From positions 168,956 through 232,955 of the forward strand of contig CAWHCF010000002.1 in assembly GCA_963827655.1 (NCBI GenBank): DNA of 64,000 nt. The letters are read 5' to 3'. Positions 52,406-62,986 of the stretch are shown here, in pieces (the first letter of the stretch is position 1; every line of letters begins with the position of its first letter). The position numbers and the translations under genes were made by a program. This stretch comes from an uncultured Acidobacteriota bacterium. GTDB lineage: Bacteria; Acidobacteriota; UBA6911. The notes under the pieces are model-generated. The model made no database searches. It was given only the letters and a program-made list of their open reading frames with translations, and had not been told where the DNA came from.

Positions 52406-52770
52406 TCCAGATCACGCCACAGATGCGCATCCTGGTGGCGTTGGAGGCCGTGGACGGTCGCAAAGGCATCGATTCGCTGGCGCGCCTGTGTCAGGAGAAG
52501 CTCCGAGCGGACCCTTTTTCAGGCTGCTTGTTTGTTTTTCGGAGCCGGCGCGGCACGGCGATTCGTATTCTGGTGTACGACGGCCAAGGGTTTTGGCTGG
52601 CGCAGAAGCGACTGTCACGGGGGCGTTTTCGCTGGTGGCCGACAGGCCGCGATGCATGGGAAGTAGCGAAGTGTCTGGAGGCGCATCAACTGCAGGTTTT
52701 GTTGGCGGCGGGTGACCCCACTGCCACGCAGGCAGCGCCGCTGTGGCGGCGCGTAAGCGCGTCGGGGTGA
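52402..52770 (+). CDS. tnpB: IS66 accessory protein TnpB
   Basis: VDGRKGIDSL, LFVFRSR, YDGQGFWLAQKRL and F.WWP. Confidence 0.93.
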   Translation: MIQITPQMRILVALEAVDGRKGIDSLARLCQEKLRADPFSGCLFVFRSRRGTAIRILVYDGQGFWLAQKRLSRGRFRWWPTGRDAWEVAKCLEAHQLQVLLAAGDPTATQAAPLWRRVSASG

Positions 52771-52824
52771 GAAACGGCCGCTTCAGACTTGCGTTCTATC
52801 GGCGCTTCTGCTACCCTGCCGGAC

Positions 52825-53709
52825 ATGGAGGTGTTCCGTTACCGTGGGCGTGTGATCAGCGCAGCCGAGGTGGAGTTCATTCGCCAGCTAATCGCGTCGC
52901 TTCCGGAGGCCAGCCGTCGCCAGCTGTCCTTGAAGCTGTGCGAGGCATGGCAGTGGAAGCAGGCCAATGGTGCCCCGCGCGACATGGTGTGCCGAGGGTT
53001 GCTGCTCGGGCTCGAGCGGGCGGGGCAGCTCGAGTTACCAGCGGTGCATCATGTCCATCGCAATGCGTCGACTCGACGCAGAGCGAAAGAAGGCGAAGTG
53101 GTATTGGCGCCACTCGATACCACACGGCTCGACGCTCCGCTCGGGGCGATCCGGCCCCTTGAGTTCCGGCAGGTGCGGCGGGGGCCGGAGGAACCACTCT
53201 TTAATCACCTCATCGCCGAGTACCATCCGCTTGGATACACGCAGCCGGTGGGGGAGCACCTCAAGTACCTGGTGTATGCCGCGGGCCGTCCGATTGCCTG
53301 CCTGGCATGGTCGTCGGCGCCGCGACATCTGAGCGCCCGTGATCGTTACATCGGCTGGACACCTGAGGCGCGGCGCCGCAATCTCCGTTTCCTGGCCTAC
53401 AATCCTCGCTTCCTCGTCTTGCCCTGGGTCCAGGTTCGGCACCTGGCATCGCACATTCTGGGTCAGATGGCGCGGCGGCTCGCGGGCGACTGGGAACGTC
53501 GCTACCATCACCCGGTCTATTTTCTGGAAACCTTCGTCGACCCTGAGCGGCACCGCGGCACCTGTTATCGGGCTGCGAACTGGGTAGTGATGGGGCGGAC
53601 GACAGGCCGGGGGAACAACTGTCCTGACAAGCGACCGAACCGTTCGATCAAGGAAGTGCTGGGCTATCCGCTCACGCCGCGCTTTCGTGAGTTGCTTGCT
53701 GAGGGATAG
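52825..53709 (+). CDS. DUF4338 (DruA-domain, Mom/GNAT-like) protein
   Basis: YHPLGY, RDRYIGW, NPRFLVLPW, LASHIL and LETFVDP...GTCYRAANW..MGRT.GRG. Confidence 0.85.
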   Translation: MEVFRYRGRVISAAEVEFIRQLIASLPEASRRQLSLKLCEAWQWKQANGAPRDMVCRGLLLGLERAGQLELPAVHHVHRNASTRRRAKEGEVVLAPLDTTRLDAPLGAIRPLEFRQVRRGPEEPLFNHLIAEYHPLGYTQPVGEHLKYLVYAAGRPIACLAWSSAPRHLSARDRYIGWTPEARRRNLRFLAYNPRFLVLPWVQVRHLASHILGQMARRLAGDWERRYHHPVYFLETFVDPERHRGTCYRAANWVVMGRTTGRGNNCPDKRPNRSIKEVLGYPLTPRFRELLAEG

Positions 53710-53710
53710 G

Positions 53711-55344
53711 ATGAAGCCCGGATGCGAGGTGATTGAAGTGAATTTTGAAGAACTGACAGCGCTGATGGAGCGGGCGCGCCAGGGGCCGTTGGGAGAAGAG
53801 GATTGTCGGAAGCTTGAAGCCGCGATCCAGGCCCTGAGCCATCTGATCGAGATGATCGGGGACAAGGACACGACGATCAGCCGCCTGCGCGCGCTATTGG
53901 CGAAGCCGAGCACGGAGAAGACGAGCAAAGTCCTCGAGCAGGCGGGCCTGGGAGCGACTCCGAAAAGCAGCCCCTCCCCGTCGTCGAGCGGGAAGCCCAA
54001 ACCGGGGCACGGCCGCAATGGCGCGGCGGCATATCGCGAAGCCCGGCGCATCCGGATTGCGCACACCGCGTTGACGCCGGGGGATCGCTGCCCGCGCTGT
54101 TTGAAGGGCAAGGTCTACAGGCAGAAGGACCCCGCCCTGCGGATCCGCGTGGTAGGCCAGGCGCCGATCGAGGCAACGGTCTACGAGTTGGAACGCCTGC
54201 GCTGCAATCTGTGCGGTGACCTTTTCGAGGCGGAAGCGCCGGAGGGCGTGGGTGAGAAGAAATACGACGAGACGGCGGCGGCGATGATCGCGTTGCTGAA
54301 GTACGGAAGCGGTGTCCCGTTCTATCGGCTGGACGGGCTGGAGGCGAGTCTGGGCACTCCGTTGCCGAGCTCGACGCAGTGGGAGATTGTAGCGGAAACC
54401 GCGGGCGTTATTCGTCCCGCTTTCGACGAACTGATCCGCCAGGCGGCACAGGGGGAGGTTTTTTATAACGACGACACGAGTATGAAGGTCCTGGCGCTGG
54501 CGCGTCCTCGCCGCGCGGAGGTGAAAGAAGCATCCGCTAGCTCCGATGAGCGGACGGGGCTGTTCACTTCGGGGATCGTGTCGACGCGGCAGGGGCAGCG
54601 GGTGGCGCTGTTCTTCACCGGGCGGCGGCACGCGGGCGAGAACTTCGCCCGGGTGCTGGCGCATCGGGCTGAGGGGCTGTCTCCGCCGATTCAGATGTGC
54701 GACGCGCTTTCGCGCAACCTCCCCAAGCTGCCGAAGAAGCTGGAAATCATGGTGGGGAACTGCAATGCCCATGCCCGGCGTCACTTTGTGGAGGTGACGC
54801 CCAACTTTCCCGAGCAGTGTCGGTTCGTGCTGGAATCCCTAGGCCAGGTCTACGGCTATGATGCTCAGGCCGAGGAGCAAGGTCTATCGCCGCAGGAGCG
54901 GCTGCGCTTTCACCAGGAGCACAGCCTCCCGTGATGAATGCTCTGCACGCGTGGCTAGAGGCCCAGTTTGCCGAGAAGAAAGTCGAACCGAACTCCGGCT
55001 TGGGCTCCGCGATCGCATACGTCCTCCGTCACTGGGATCGCCTGACGCTCTTCCTGCGCCAGGCGGGCGCTCCGCTGGATTCGAACATCGTCGAGCGCGC
55101 CCTGAAGAGAGCGATTCTGCATCGAAAGAACTCCCTGTTTTATAAGACCGAGAATGGCGCCGAGGTGGGCGATCTGTTCATGAGCCTCATCCACACCTGC
55201 GAACTGAACGGCGTCAATCCCTTCGACTACCTCACCGAATTGCAGAAACATGCTGCGGAGCTGATCCGGGATCCGGCGGCGTGGACGCCGTGGAATTACC
55301 GCCAGACTCTCGAGCAGGCCGGCACGGGCGTGGATTCCTCGTAG
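53711..55344 (+). CDS. tnpC: IS66 DDE transposase TnpC; frameshift near 54930
   Basis: KPGHGRNG, CPRC..CNLC, YNDDT, MCDA, CNAHARR and DSNIVERALK. Confidence 0.92.
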
Positions 55345-55398
55345 GCCCTGCCTGGCCGAAAACCATAGATTACGGCATGGCAGATTGACCGTTTCGAA

Positions 55399-56058
55399 AT
55401 GGGCCAAAAACACAGGCTTTCGAGATCCCGATCCGCAGGGGTTTTTGGCCACCCCTTCGGACGAACCCAAACTGCACTGCGTGTGGGGCTTTACGCGCGC
55501 GTATCGACGCACGACCAGCAGACTCTGCCCATGCAGAACCGCGCGATGCGGGAATACGCCACCCGCCGGGGCTGGAGAATCGTTCTACAGGTGAAGGAAA
55601 TCGGCTCGGGCGCTTCTCAGCGTGAGAGAAGGGAGCAGCTGCTGGAGGCGGCGCGGCGCCGGGAGATCGACCTCGTATTGGTGTGGCGGCTGGATCGCTG
55701 GGGCCGGTCGGTGACGGACCTGCTGGCGACGCTGCAGGAACTGGAGCATCTGGGAGTCGGTTTCGTGTCGCTGACGGAGGCGTTGGATCTGACGACACCG
55801 GCCGGTCGAGCGATGGCCGGCTTGCTGGCGGTCTTCGCCGAGTTCGAGCGGGAGATCCTGCGTGAGCGGGTACGGGCCGGCCTGGCCCACGCACGCCAGA
55901 ACGGCCAACGTCTGGGTCGGCCGCTGACGGCGGCACTCCACGCCGACCAAGTCCGGAAGCTCTACCGCACCGGCGTCACCAAAGCCGAGATCGCCCGCCG
56001 GTTGCAGATGGGCCGTACATCCGTACGCCGTATCTTGAAAGAAAGGACAGAACGATGA
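55399..56058 (+). CDS. Serine resolvase/invertase
   Basis: YARVST, VWRLDRWGRS, FAEFERE, LGRP and a C-terminal HTH. Confidence 0.93.
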   Translation: MGQKHRLSRSRSAGVFGHPFGRTQTALRVGLYARVSTHDQQTLPMQNRAMREYATRRGWRIVLQVKEIGSGASQRERREQLLEAARRREIDLVLVWRLDRWGRSVTDLLATLQELEHLGVGFVSLTEALDLTTPAGRAMAGLLAVFAEFEREILRERVRAGLAHARQNGQRLGRPLTAALHADQVRKLYRTGVTKAEIARRLQMGRTSVRRILKERTER

Positions 56059-56447
56059 GCAGCCCTTCTACGGCATTCCATAAGATCTGGATCGAACAGT
56101 GTGCGGCGACGGAAGACATCCGCCAACGCTTCGGATTGGAAAGCGCCCTGGATTATCTCATCGGGGAGAAACTCTTCACCTTTGTAGAGGCCTCAGAAAA
56201 AGATCACCTGTTCGAGCAGGAGTTGCCGGCCTTCGTCGCTGAAATCCGACGGCTGTTTACTGCCCAAGAGATTCGCGCCTATCTTGAGCGCCTGGAGCGG
56301 ACCAAGTTCCTTGCGCCCGTAGAACCAGAGTTAGAGATGGATGATCTGGACGACGAAGCCGAGGAAGAACCTTGGCCGAACAATCCCGTGATGGGAGCGG
56401 AAGAACTGCTTCGTTTTTGCCGTGTCCGGCAACTTCTCCAATACTGA
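56055..56447 (+). CDS. Hypothetical passenger protein
   Basis: ATGA overlap with the resolvase; IWIEQC..ALDYLIGEKL and an acidic tract. Confidence 0.75.
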   Translation: MSSPSTAFHKIWIEQCAATEDIRQRFGLESALDYLIGEKLFTFVEASEKDHLFEQELPAFVAEIRRLFTAQEIRAYLERLERTKFLAPVEPELEMDDLDDEAEEEPWPNNPVMGAEELLRFCRVRQLLQY

Positions 56448-56469
56448 CGCGACAGGAGGGACTTCACCC

Positions 56470-56838
56470 ATGGCCAAAACCAAAAGGGACCCTGTGCGAG
56501 AGGAGCGAATCCGCAACGAAGCGGTCGTGGATGCTTATGGGCCGGAGGAGCAGGCCCTGGGTTGGTATTACTACCTGGAGAACAAAATCCGCTTTCCGTT
56601 CCAGGCAAGGTGCACCGTCACGAAAGCCGTTTCACCACTCCGCAAAGGCGAAACAGTCGAAGTATGGCGCCTGGCACCGGAAGACGCCTGCTCCACGGAC
56701 ATGCTGGTGCAGATCCGCTGGCACGGCCGAACCATAGCGGTGCCCCTGTCCCAACTGGCTGGAGTGAAGGTGGACGAATCAACCGCCGAGGCCGTTGGCG
56801 ACTGGCATTACTGGGTGGCGCAAGGCTACTGCTTCTGA
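56470..56838 (+). CDS. CcbP-like 'calcium-binding' family protein
   Basis: RBS AGGAGG; VVDAYGPEEQALGWYYYLE...FPF, VPLSQL and DWHYW. Confidence 0.78.
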   Translation: MAKTKRDPVREERIRNEAVVDAYGPEEQALGWYYYLENKIRFPFQARCTVTKAVSPLRKGETVEVWRLAPEDACSTDMLVQIRWHGRTIAVPLSQLAGVKVDESTAEAVGDWHYWVAQGYCF

Positions 56839-56895
56839 GAAACCACCCTGCCCCGCCTCTCTTGCCGCATCTACGCAAGCCTACCGAAAGCTCAC

Positions 56896-57254
56896 GATGC
56901 ATGTTCGGCTTCGACGGTAATCTTTCGCGGCCAAATCGACATCTCGCACAATGGCGCAGAAGCGCTGACATTAAACGGGAACAGCCTTGCCGAAATTCGC
57001 GCGGGCATCTGCAGGTCAACAACAATGCAGGAGGGTTGTTAATCAGCACTCACTCCACTCTCTGGAAATCTTTGGATTTCAGACCTGTCAACGGAGCCAA
57101 CTCACAACTAACGGGAACCAGGGTCCAGGAAATCGTTATCGGTAGTGGACACCTCTTTGTGGCAGGAAGCACGTTCGCGCCCGGGGGCGTTCTGATTACA
57201 TGCTGTTCATCGAACCCGGTCTATGAGTGCTGCGCCAGATGCGGCCCTTTCTAG
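56896..57254 (+). pseudogene. 3' remnant of a probable beta-helix-like protein
   Basis: ISHNGAEALTLNGNS..HLQVNNNAGGLLI pattern across shifting frames, abutting the IS66 IRR. Confidence 0.35.
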
Positions 57255-57341
57255 CGTGAAAGGATGATCAAAAATTTGATCATGCTGTGAACATTCTCGC
57301 CACCAAAAGGCCCCCAGCGCCGCTGCGCGGCTGAACGTTCC

Positions 57342-60165
57342 TTACCTCAGCTCCATCATCCACAGCTCTGGTTTCCCTGGTTTAAATTGGACGTAGGCTA
57401 TCACTCCTTTCGGGGAAACGTCCGAAAAATTGCCATAAGGTGGCAGCGGCTGGAGTTCCGCAACGAGTTTCTCATCGGTCCCACCTATAGACACTGAAAA
57501 GAGACCTCGATTCTGCCGCTGAACCGATGGAAATAGACCCGAGAACCATCGTGAGACCAGATTGGGCGGTTGCCACGAGCGGCTATTTTGCGGCACTCGC
57601 CCGTGGAGACAAGGCAAATCACGATGTCGCCGAACGCGTCGCCGCGGGTGCCGGAGTTCACTTCAGCGCCTAGAATCAATTGGCCGTCTTTCGACCACTG
57701 AGGCTCGTACATGCGCTTGCGGAACAGGGTTTCTTTTCCGGTGCCAATCTCCCGAATAAAAGTTCCGATAACGACAAAGCCGCTCTCAATCTGGGAGTGG
57801 GCAAGAGCTTTTCTTGCGGATCGACATGCGCCAGCCAGTGGGATTCAAAAGTCCAGCCGCGCATCAGTTCGACACTCTGCCCTCCTTGGAGCGAAATTTT
57901 TCGAAACGAAGGAATAGGTCGTTCTTGATAAAAATAGAGCGCCGATCCGTCCCGGGACCAGCGCGGAAAGTGGTTAATCTCACGTTCACCTTTGGTCACC
58001 TGGGTCAGGTTGCGGCCATCGGCATCTATCATAAACAGATGCCGGCCCCCTTCCGCCATCTGGCAAAGGCAATCTTGTCGCCAGCAGGAGAGAAGACCGG
58101 CGCGCGCATCTCCGTCCGGACTTCCCGGAGCTCCCGCTTCAGTTGTGTTGCCGGGTCAAAAACGGCCAGGATGAAAAGGTTGCGCCTCGTGGAGTAGATC
58201 AGCTTCCTGCCGTCGCGGGAAATTTCCGGATTCGTGTCTTCACCTGCACTGAGTAGCACCGGCTGAGGTTCTTCACCGTTTACGGCAATTTCCCAGAGGG
58301 TCAGGCTGCCACGCCGACTGGGAAGAAAAAATGATGTGACCTCCATCCGGCCTCCAGACGGGAGTTCCGGTAATTTCATAATCGAAGGTCAGTTGACGCG
58401 GTTGCCCACCCTCGGATGGAATCACCCAAACGTCCCCGAAGGGTCCGGAGCCGCGAAAAATAGGCGATCAGGGAACCGTCCGGAGAAAATGTAGGCGTTT
58501 TCGCATAACAGCGACGCCTTCGACCTTTCTCTGGTTGCTGCCATCGGCATTGGCCGTCCAGATCTCGTTCGCTCTCGTGAAAACAATTCGGGACCCGTTC
58601 CAAGAAAAACTCGGGTCCCTGCCGCCTTCGGGATGGCTTGTGCCATCTGGATTATGACCTCGATCAATGAGAAGGCGGAGTTGGCCGCCGAGCGGTGGAA
58701 CCGACCATATGGATTGCCAACCCGGAGTACTGGCCCTCGCACGGCTGAAAATGATCTGGTCATTCCTGGGAGACCATCGCGGCCGGCCAGCAGCGCCACG
58801 CGGATCAAAAGTGACCTGGATCGGATCGCTCTGGGCGAGGTTCTTGATCCAGATCTGTGGTACACCAGCCCCATCCCGCATCGGGAATGCGATCGTGCTG
58901 CCATCCGGTGAAAAACTGGCAGGCCCAATCGCTTCAGGGAAAGTGGAAATGAGCCGCAGGACGGGCTGCTGCGGCTTTTGCCAGGGCCGCCACCACAGAG
59001 CGGAAGCCAAGGCCACGAGCGACAACGCACTAAGGACGATAACCCACACCGCTCGAAAGGTTTTTTGACTAAGCTTTGGTTCTCCAGGAAATACGACCAG
59101 CCCCGAAACAGGCGAGGAATGTGTTTCAATCTTCCGGCGGAGTTCTGAGGCGCTTTGCGGCCGGCGCTTTGCGTCCGTTTGCAAACTCTGCTGCAGCAGA
59201 TGCCGCAACTCGAGAGGCGTAGATTCAGGCAGCAGGCTCCAATCGGGCTCGGCTTTCAGAATAGATGCGCTGGTCGCTGCTACCGTGGTTCCCTCAAAAG
59301 CTCTCCGTCCCGTCAGTAACTCGAAGACCACACATCCGAATGCCCAAATGTCTGTGCGATGCTCCACTGCGGTTCCAACGACCTGTTCGGGACTCATGTA
59401 GGCTGGCGTGCCGCGGAAACTACTGGTTCTATTTGAAGAACTGCGAACCAGGCCCGCAGCCGACGGATCGGCCTCCGTCAGGCCGTCTGTAAACACTTTC
59501 GCCAAACCGAAATCGAGAATCTTGACGATGCCGTTCGGGGTCAATTTAATGTTGGCCGGCTTAAGATCCCGGTGAACGATCCCCTTATCATGCGCCGCTT
59601 CCAAGGCCAGTGCGATCTGGTGGGCAATGTGAAGGGTCTCATGCAACGGAACCGGTCCTTTGCTTAACCTCTCGGCCACCGTCGGGCCCTCCACGTATTC
59701 CAAAATAAGGAACGAATCGGCCAGATCACGCTCCAACACGTCGTAGATCGTTGCCACATTCGGGTGATTCACCGAGGCCAGCAGAGTCGCTTCGCGTCGA
59801 ATCCGCGCCAGAGGTTCTCCGGCAAGTGTGAATTCAACAGGAAGCGCTTTGATGGCGACGTCGCGGTTCAGTCGCCGATCGTGGGCACGATAGACCTGGC
59901 CCATCGCGCCGATGCCCGTGACACCCAGCACCTCGTATGGTCCAAGCATGGTTCCGGGCGCGAGCGTCGTGCTGATCAAGTCGAGCATCGGAGTGTCGAG
60001 AAATTTTTCGGCCGTCTCGTCCTCCTCGAGCAGCATCTCGATGGTGCGACGCAGTGCTAAATCCCCTCCGCACTCCTGGCTTAGGAACCGGTCACGATCT
60101 TCTCCCTTGAGCTCGCGCGCTTCGTGAAATAGTCTTTCGATCGCTTCCCGTGCCTCAAGCTTCAT
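57342..60165 (-). CDS. Ser/Thr kinase with PD40/TolB-like beta-propeller sensor; several frameshifts in the 3' third
   Basis: VAIK, HRDLKPAN, DFG, YMSPEQ and a TM helix; repeated FSPDG/WSRDG/WSKDG/WSHDG units spread over several ORFs. Confidence 0.87.
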
Positions 60166-60739
60166 CGATGTGCTTTCCGTTCATTGCTGCCCCCAACCAT
60201 GCACGGGCAAAGTTCCAGTCGCGAATCACGGTCAAACGCGAGACATTCAAAAGTTCGGCAATCTCATCAATCGAATGGCCGCCGAAGAACCGCATCTCGA
60301 CCACTTCACTCTTTCTCGGATGAATTCGAGCCAGCGCCTCCAGCGCATCGTTCAGCGCTAGCAACTGGATTGCTTTTGATTCGGAAACAAAGTCGATTTC
60401 ATCCAGTGGCATCCCGGAGGCAGCTGCATCGCGTTTGAGACAGTGGCGCGCTCGGGCGTGATCCACGAGGATCTGTCGCATCATCCGCGAGCACATCGCG
60501 AAGAATTTAGCGCGACTCTCCCACTGCGTATTCTTCAAACCCGTTAGTCGCATGTAGACCTCGTTCAACAAACCGGCGGATTGCAACGTGTGATCGTATC
60601 GCTGATGAGCCAGGTGTCGCCGTGCCAAACGCTTCAGTTCGGCGAATACCAGGGGCCAGAGTTTTTCTTCGGCATCACGGTTACCGGCGCCCCAACTTTG
60701 GAGGAGGTTCGTGATCTCAGCTTCGATATTCGCGTTCAT
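60155..60739 (-). CDS. ECF-type sigma factor (kinase-associated, TIGR02999-like)
   Basis: LVFAELKRLA, ILVDHAR, EMRFFGG and TVIRDWNFARAWL; overlaps the kinase start. Confidence 0.92.
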   Translation of the reverse strand: MNANIEAEITNLLQSWGAGNRDAEEKLWPLVFAELKRLARRHLAHQRYDHTLQSAGLLNEVYMRLTGLKNTQWESRAKFFAMCSRMMRQILVDHARARHCLKRDAAASGMPLDEIDFVSESKAIQLLALNDALEALARIHPRKSEVVEMRFFGGHSIDEIAELLNVSRLTVIRDWNFARAWLGAAMNGKHIDEA

Positions 60740-60892
60740 GGGGTGGGCCAGGCAGTCTCAGGTGAGAAGGAATGTTACCAATTTTGTGCCGTTTTCGTTC
60801 TTGCAATATGAAAGGGTTTTTCGCGCCGGTTTTATCGGCAGCAAATGAACATCCCATCACACTAAGCGACCAAATTCGCAAAGGAGCATGTT

Positions 60893-62986
60893 ATGTCCGC
60901 GAGGGTCATTCGACAGAGCAGAAACGCAGCAATCGCTGTAGCGCTTTTGGCAGGTCTCGGCTTCATGGTGTTCAGCTCCCAGGCGCAGGTCGCTGCCAAT
61001 CCACCCAACACCGGAATGGCCGACCCGGCCATGCTCATCAGCGCCTTCGACCGCTTTGTGTCGGCGGGGACAGGGGCTCCGCTGGTCATTCCGCTGGTCA
61101 GTCTGCGCGGCATAACCAGGGAGGGGTTGAACGCCGGCGGGAGAGTAGCGATTGACCTGGTCACCGGGCAAGTCGCCTCTCAAGTTCGCTTAATGCCGCC
61201 CGGCGAGACATTCGAGCTGTGGCTCATGGACAACCGGCCCGGCACCGGGCACTCGACTTTGCCCGACCCGCAGGATGTACAAGTAAAGGTGGGTGCCTAC
61301 ACCGAGCAATCGCCGCCGGGAACGTACAGGCTCTCGGTCACTCTGGGGGCCTCGGCCTTCTCCGGATTCTTTCCCGACCGAGCCTTCGTCGTTCGAACTA
61401 ATCAGAGCCCGTCGGCGGGGTTCCTGCTAACTGGATCGAGCACTACGTTCGACCGTCTACTGCGGCGGCAGGTGCGTTTTGTAGATGATCCCGGCGCTTC
61501 GCTCGGCTTCGATCCGATAGCCCCGACCACGCGGGCGGCCAACTTCACGAGGCTGGTCGCGCAGGGGCGGCAGCTTTTCCTCAAGGAGACCTTCGCTGGA
61601 AATGGCCGCACCTGCGGGACGTGCCACGTCGAGAGCAATAACTTCACCAACGATCCGGAATTCATCGCCACCTTGCCCGCCAATGATCCGTTGTTTGTGG
61701 CGGAGTTCAATCCGGCGCTGGCCACTCTCGAGAGACCCGATCTGTTACGGAGCCTCGGGCTGATTCTCGTAAACGCGGATGGGTTTGACTCACAAAGAGG
61801 ATTCACGCTGCGATCGATTCAAAACGTGCAAGCACTGGGAAACTCCACAACTCCTCAAGATCCAAGCTTTGGCATTGACTTCAGCACCAACGGGAGGAAC
61901 CCTAATCCGCCTGAGCGCCTGGGCTGGGGCAATGACGCCGCTCCTCTGCGGGACTTCGCAATTGTCGCAATCGTGCAGCACGCTACTAAGGCGCTGGACC
62001 GCCGAGTTGGTGTCGATTTCCGCGGGCCGACGGATGAAGAACTGGATGCGTTGGTCGCGTATCAACTTCCGCTCGGCCGGCAGGAAGACTTCGACCTGCC
62101 CTCGCTTGAGCTGAAGAGCACCCTGGCGCGGACCGGTAAGGCCTTGTACCTGGATAGTGGAAACATTGCTGAGCCGGGGCATAAGAACTGCAACGGTTGC
62201 CACTTCAGCGCCGGCGGCACCGCCGGAATGTCGTTCAACCCAAACACGCCAGGATTTCCGAAAACAGACGGCAGTCCACGCGGGTTCAACATCGCTGCGG
62301 CCACCAACGTGAACGAGACGCCGCTCGCGCTAGCCCTTGGTCTGCCGCGTGATGGCGGGTTCGGACAGATCCGGACGGTGTTCGGCTCATTTGGCAATAC
62401 GGAGGACCTTCCGCCGCCTTTTGGTCATTTCGAACTCGAGGAATTCAATAGTCCGCCGGTGGTCGAATCGGCAGACACGGGCCCCTTCTTTCACAACCAC
62501 ACGGTGAAAGATCTCGAGTCGGCGGTAGCGTTTTATGGAACACAAGCCTTTCAGACCAGCATCGGAAACGGTGGCGTGCCGGTTAGCATCAGCCCCGATC
62601 CCAACGACCCCGAGGTCCAAGCGATCTCGGCCTTCCTGCGGGTATTGAACGCGCTCGAGAACATCCGCTCCTCGATCAACGTGGCGCAACGCGGACAACA
62701 GATGAGCAGCCCTGAGGACGCGCGCGAACTCGCGGGCTTGGCGCTCGCCGAGACCGTCGACGCAATCCAGGTGCTCTCGGACGGCGCACTGGCGAAGAGC
62801 GTTGAGCCTGCCGTTCTGTCGGCTCGGGCTCATCTGATGGCGGCTCGGAGTCTGCTCGACGCCGCGCGCCGGACGCAGTCTAGCGCCGCTGTCGGGAACA
62901 TGCTCGAAGCGGCCGCGCGCAGCCTGCGGGCAGCTAGGTCGGCACTGGCCGACTCCGCCACTCTGCCGCCGTCGTTTCGCAATTAG
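60893..62986 (+). CDS. Secreted di-heme cytochrome c (CCP/MauG-like) protein
   Basis: Signal peptide, GNGRTCGTCH, CNGCH and DTGPFFHNH; extra N- and C-terminal domains. Confidence 0.78.
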   Translation: MSARVIRQSRNAAIAVALLAGLGFMVFSSQAQVAANPPNTGMADPAMLISAFDRFVSAGTGAPLVIPLVSLRGITREGLNAGGRVAIDLVTGQVASQVRLMPPGETFELWLMDNRPGTGHSTLPDPQDVQVKVGAYTEQSPPGTYRLSVTLGASAFSGFFPDRAFVVRTNQSPSAGFLLTGSSTTFDRLLRRQVRFVDDPGASLGFDPIAPTTRAANFTRLVAQGRQLFLKETFAGNGRTCGTCHVESNNFTNDPEFIATLPANDPLFVAEFNPALATLERPDLLRSLGLILVNADGFDSQRGFTLRSIQNVQALGNSTTPQDPSFGIDFSTNGRNPNPPERLGWGNDAAPLRDFAIVAIVQHATKALDRRVGVDFRGPTDEELDALVAYQLPLGRQEDFDLPSLELKSTLARTGKALYLDSGNIAEPGHKNCNGCHFSAGGTAGMSFNPNTPGFPKTDGSPRGFNIAAATNVNETPLALALGLPRDGGFGQIRTVFGSFGNTEDLPPPFGHFELEEFNSPPVVESADTGPFFHNHTVKDLESAVAFYGTQAFQTSIGNGGVPVSISPDPNDPEVQAISAFLRVLNALENIRSSINVAQRGQQMSSPEDARELAGLALAETVDAIQVLSDGALAKSVEPAVLSARAHLMAARSLLDAARRTQSSAAVGNMLEAAARSLRAARSALADSATLPPSFRN

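Larger units (their letters stand above)
51831..56895 (+). mobile_element. IS66-derived element carrying DUF4338, a resolvase and two passenger genes
   Basis: IRL GTGTCCTTTCGGCACGCTTGC versus IRR (rc) GTGAGCTTTCGGTAGGCTTGC, 17/21 match; IRL sits exactly at the IS6 breakpoint. Confidence 0.8.

Noticed and set aside
52753-52759. GTAAGCG as a canonical IS66 end
   Set aside because: It lies inside the tnpB coding sequence and has no inverted partner.
52825-53709. Complete Druantia defence system
   Set aside because: No DruE helicase or other dru genes are present; the gene is short and embedded in an IS66 operon.
54920-54940. Programmed frameshift in tnpC
   Set aside because: No slippery heptamer is visible; a single missing C in a homopolymer explains it.
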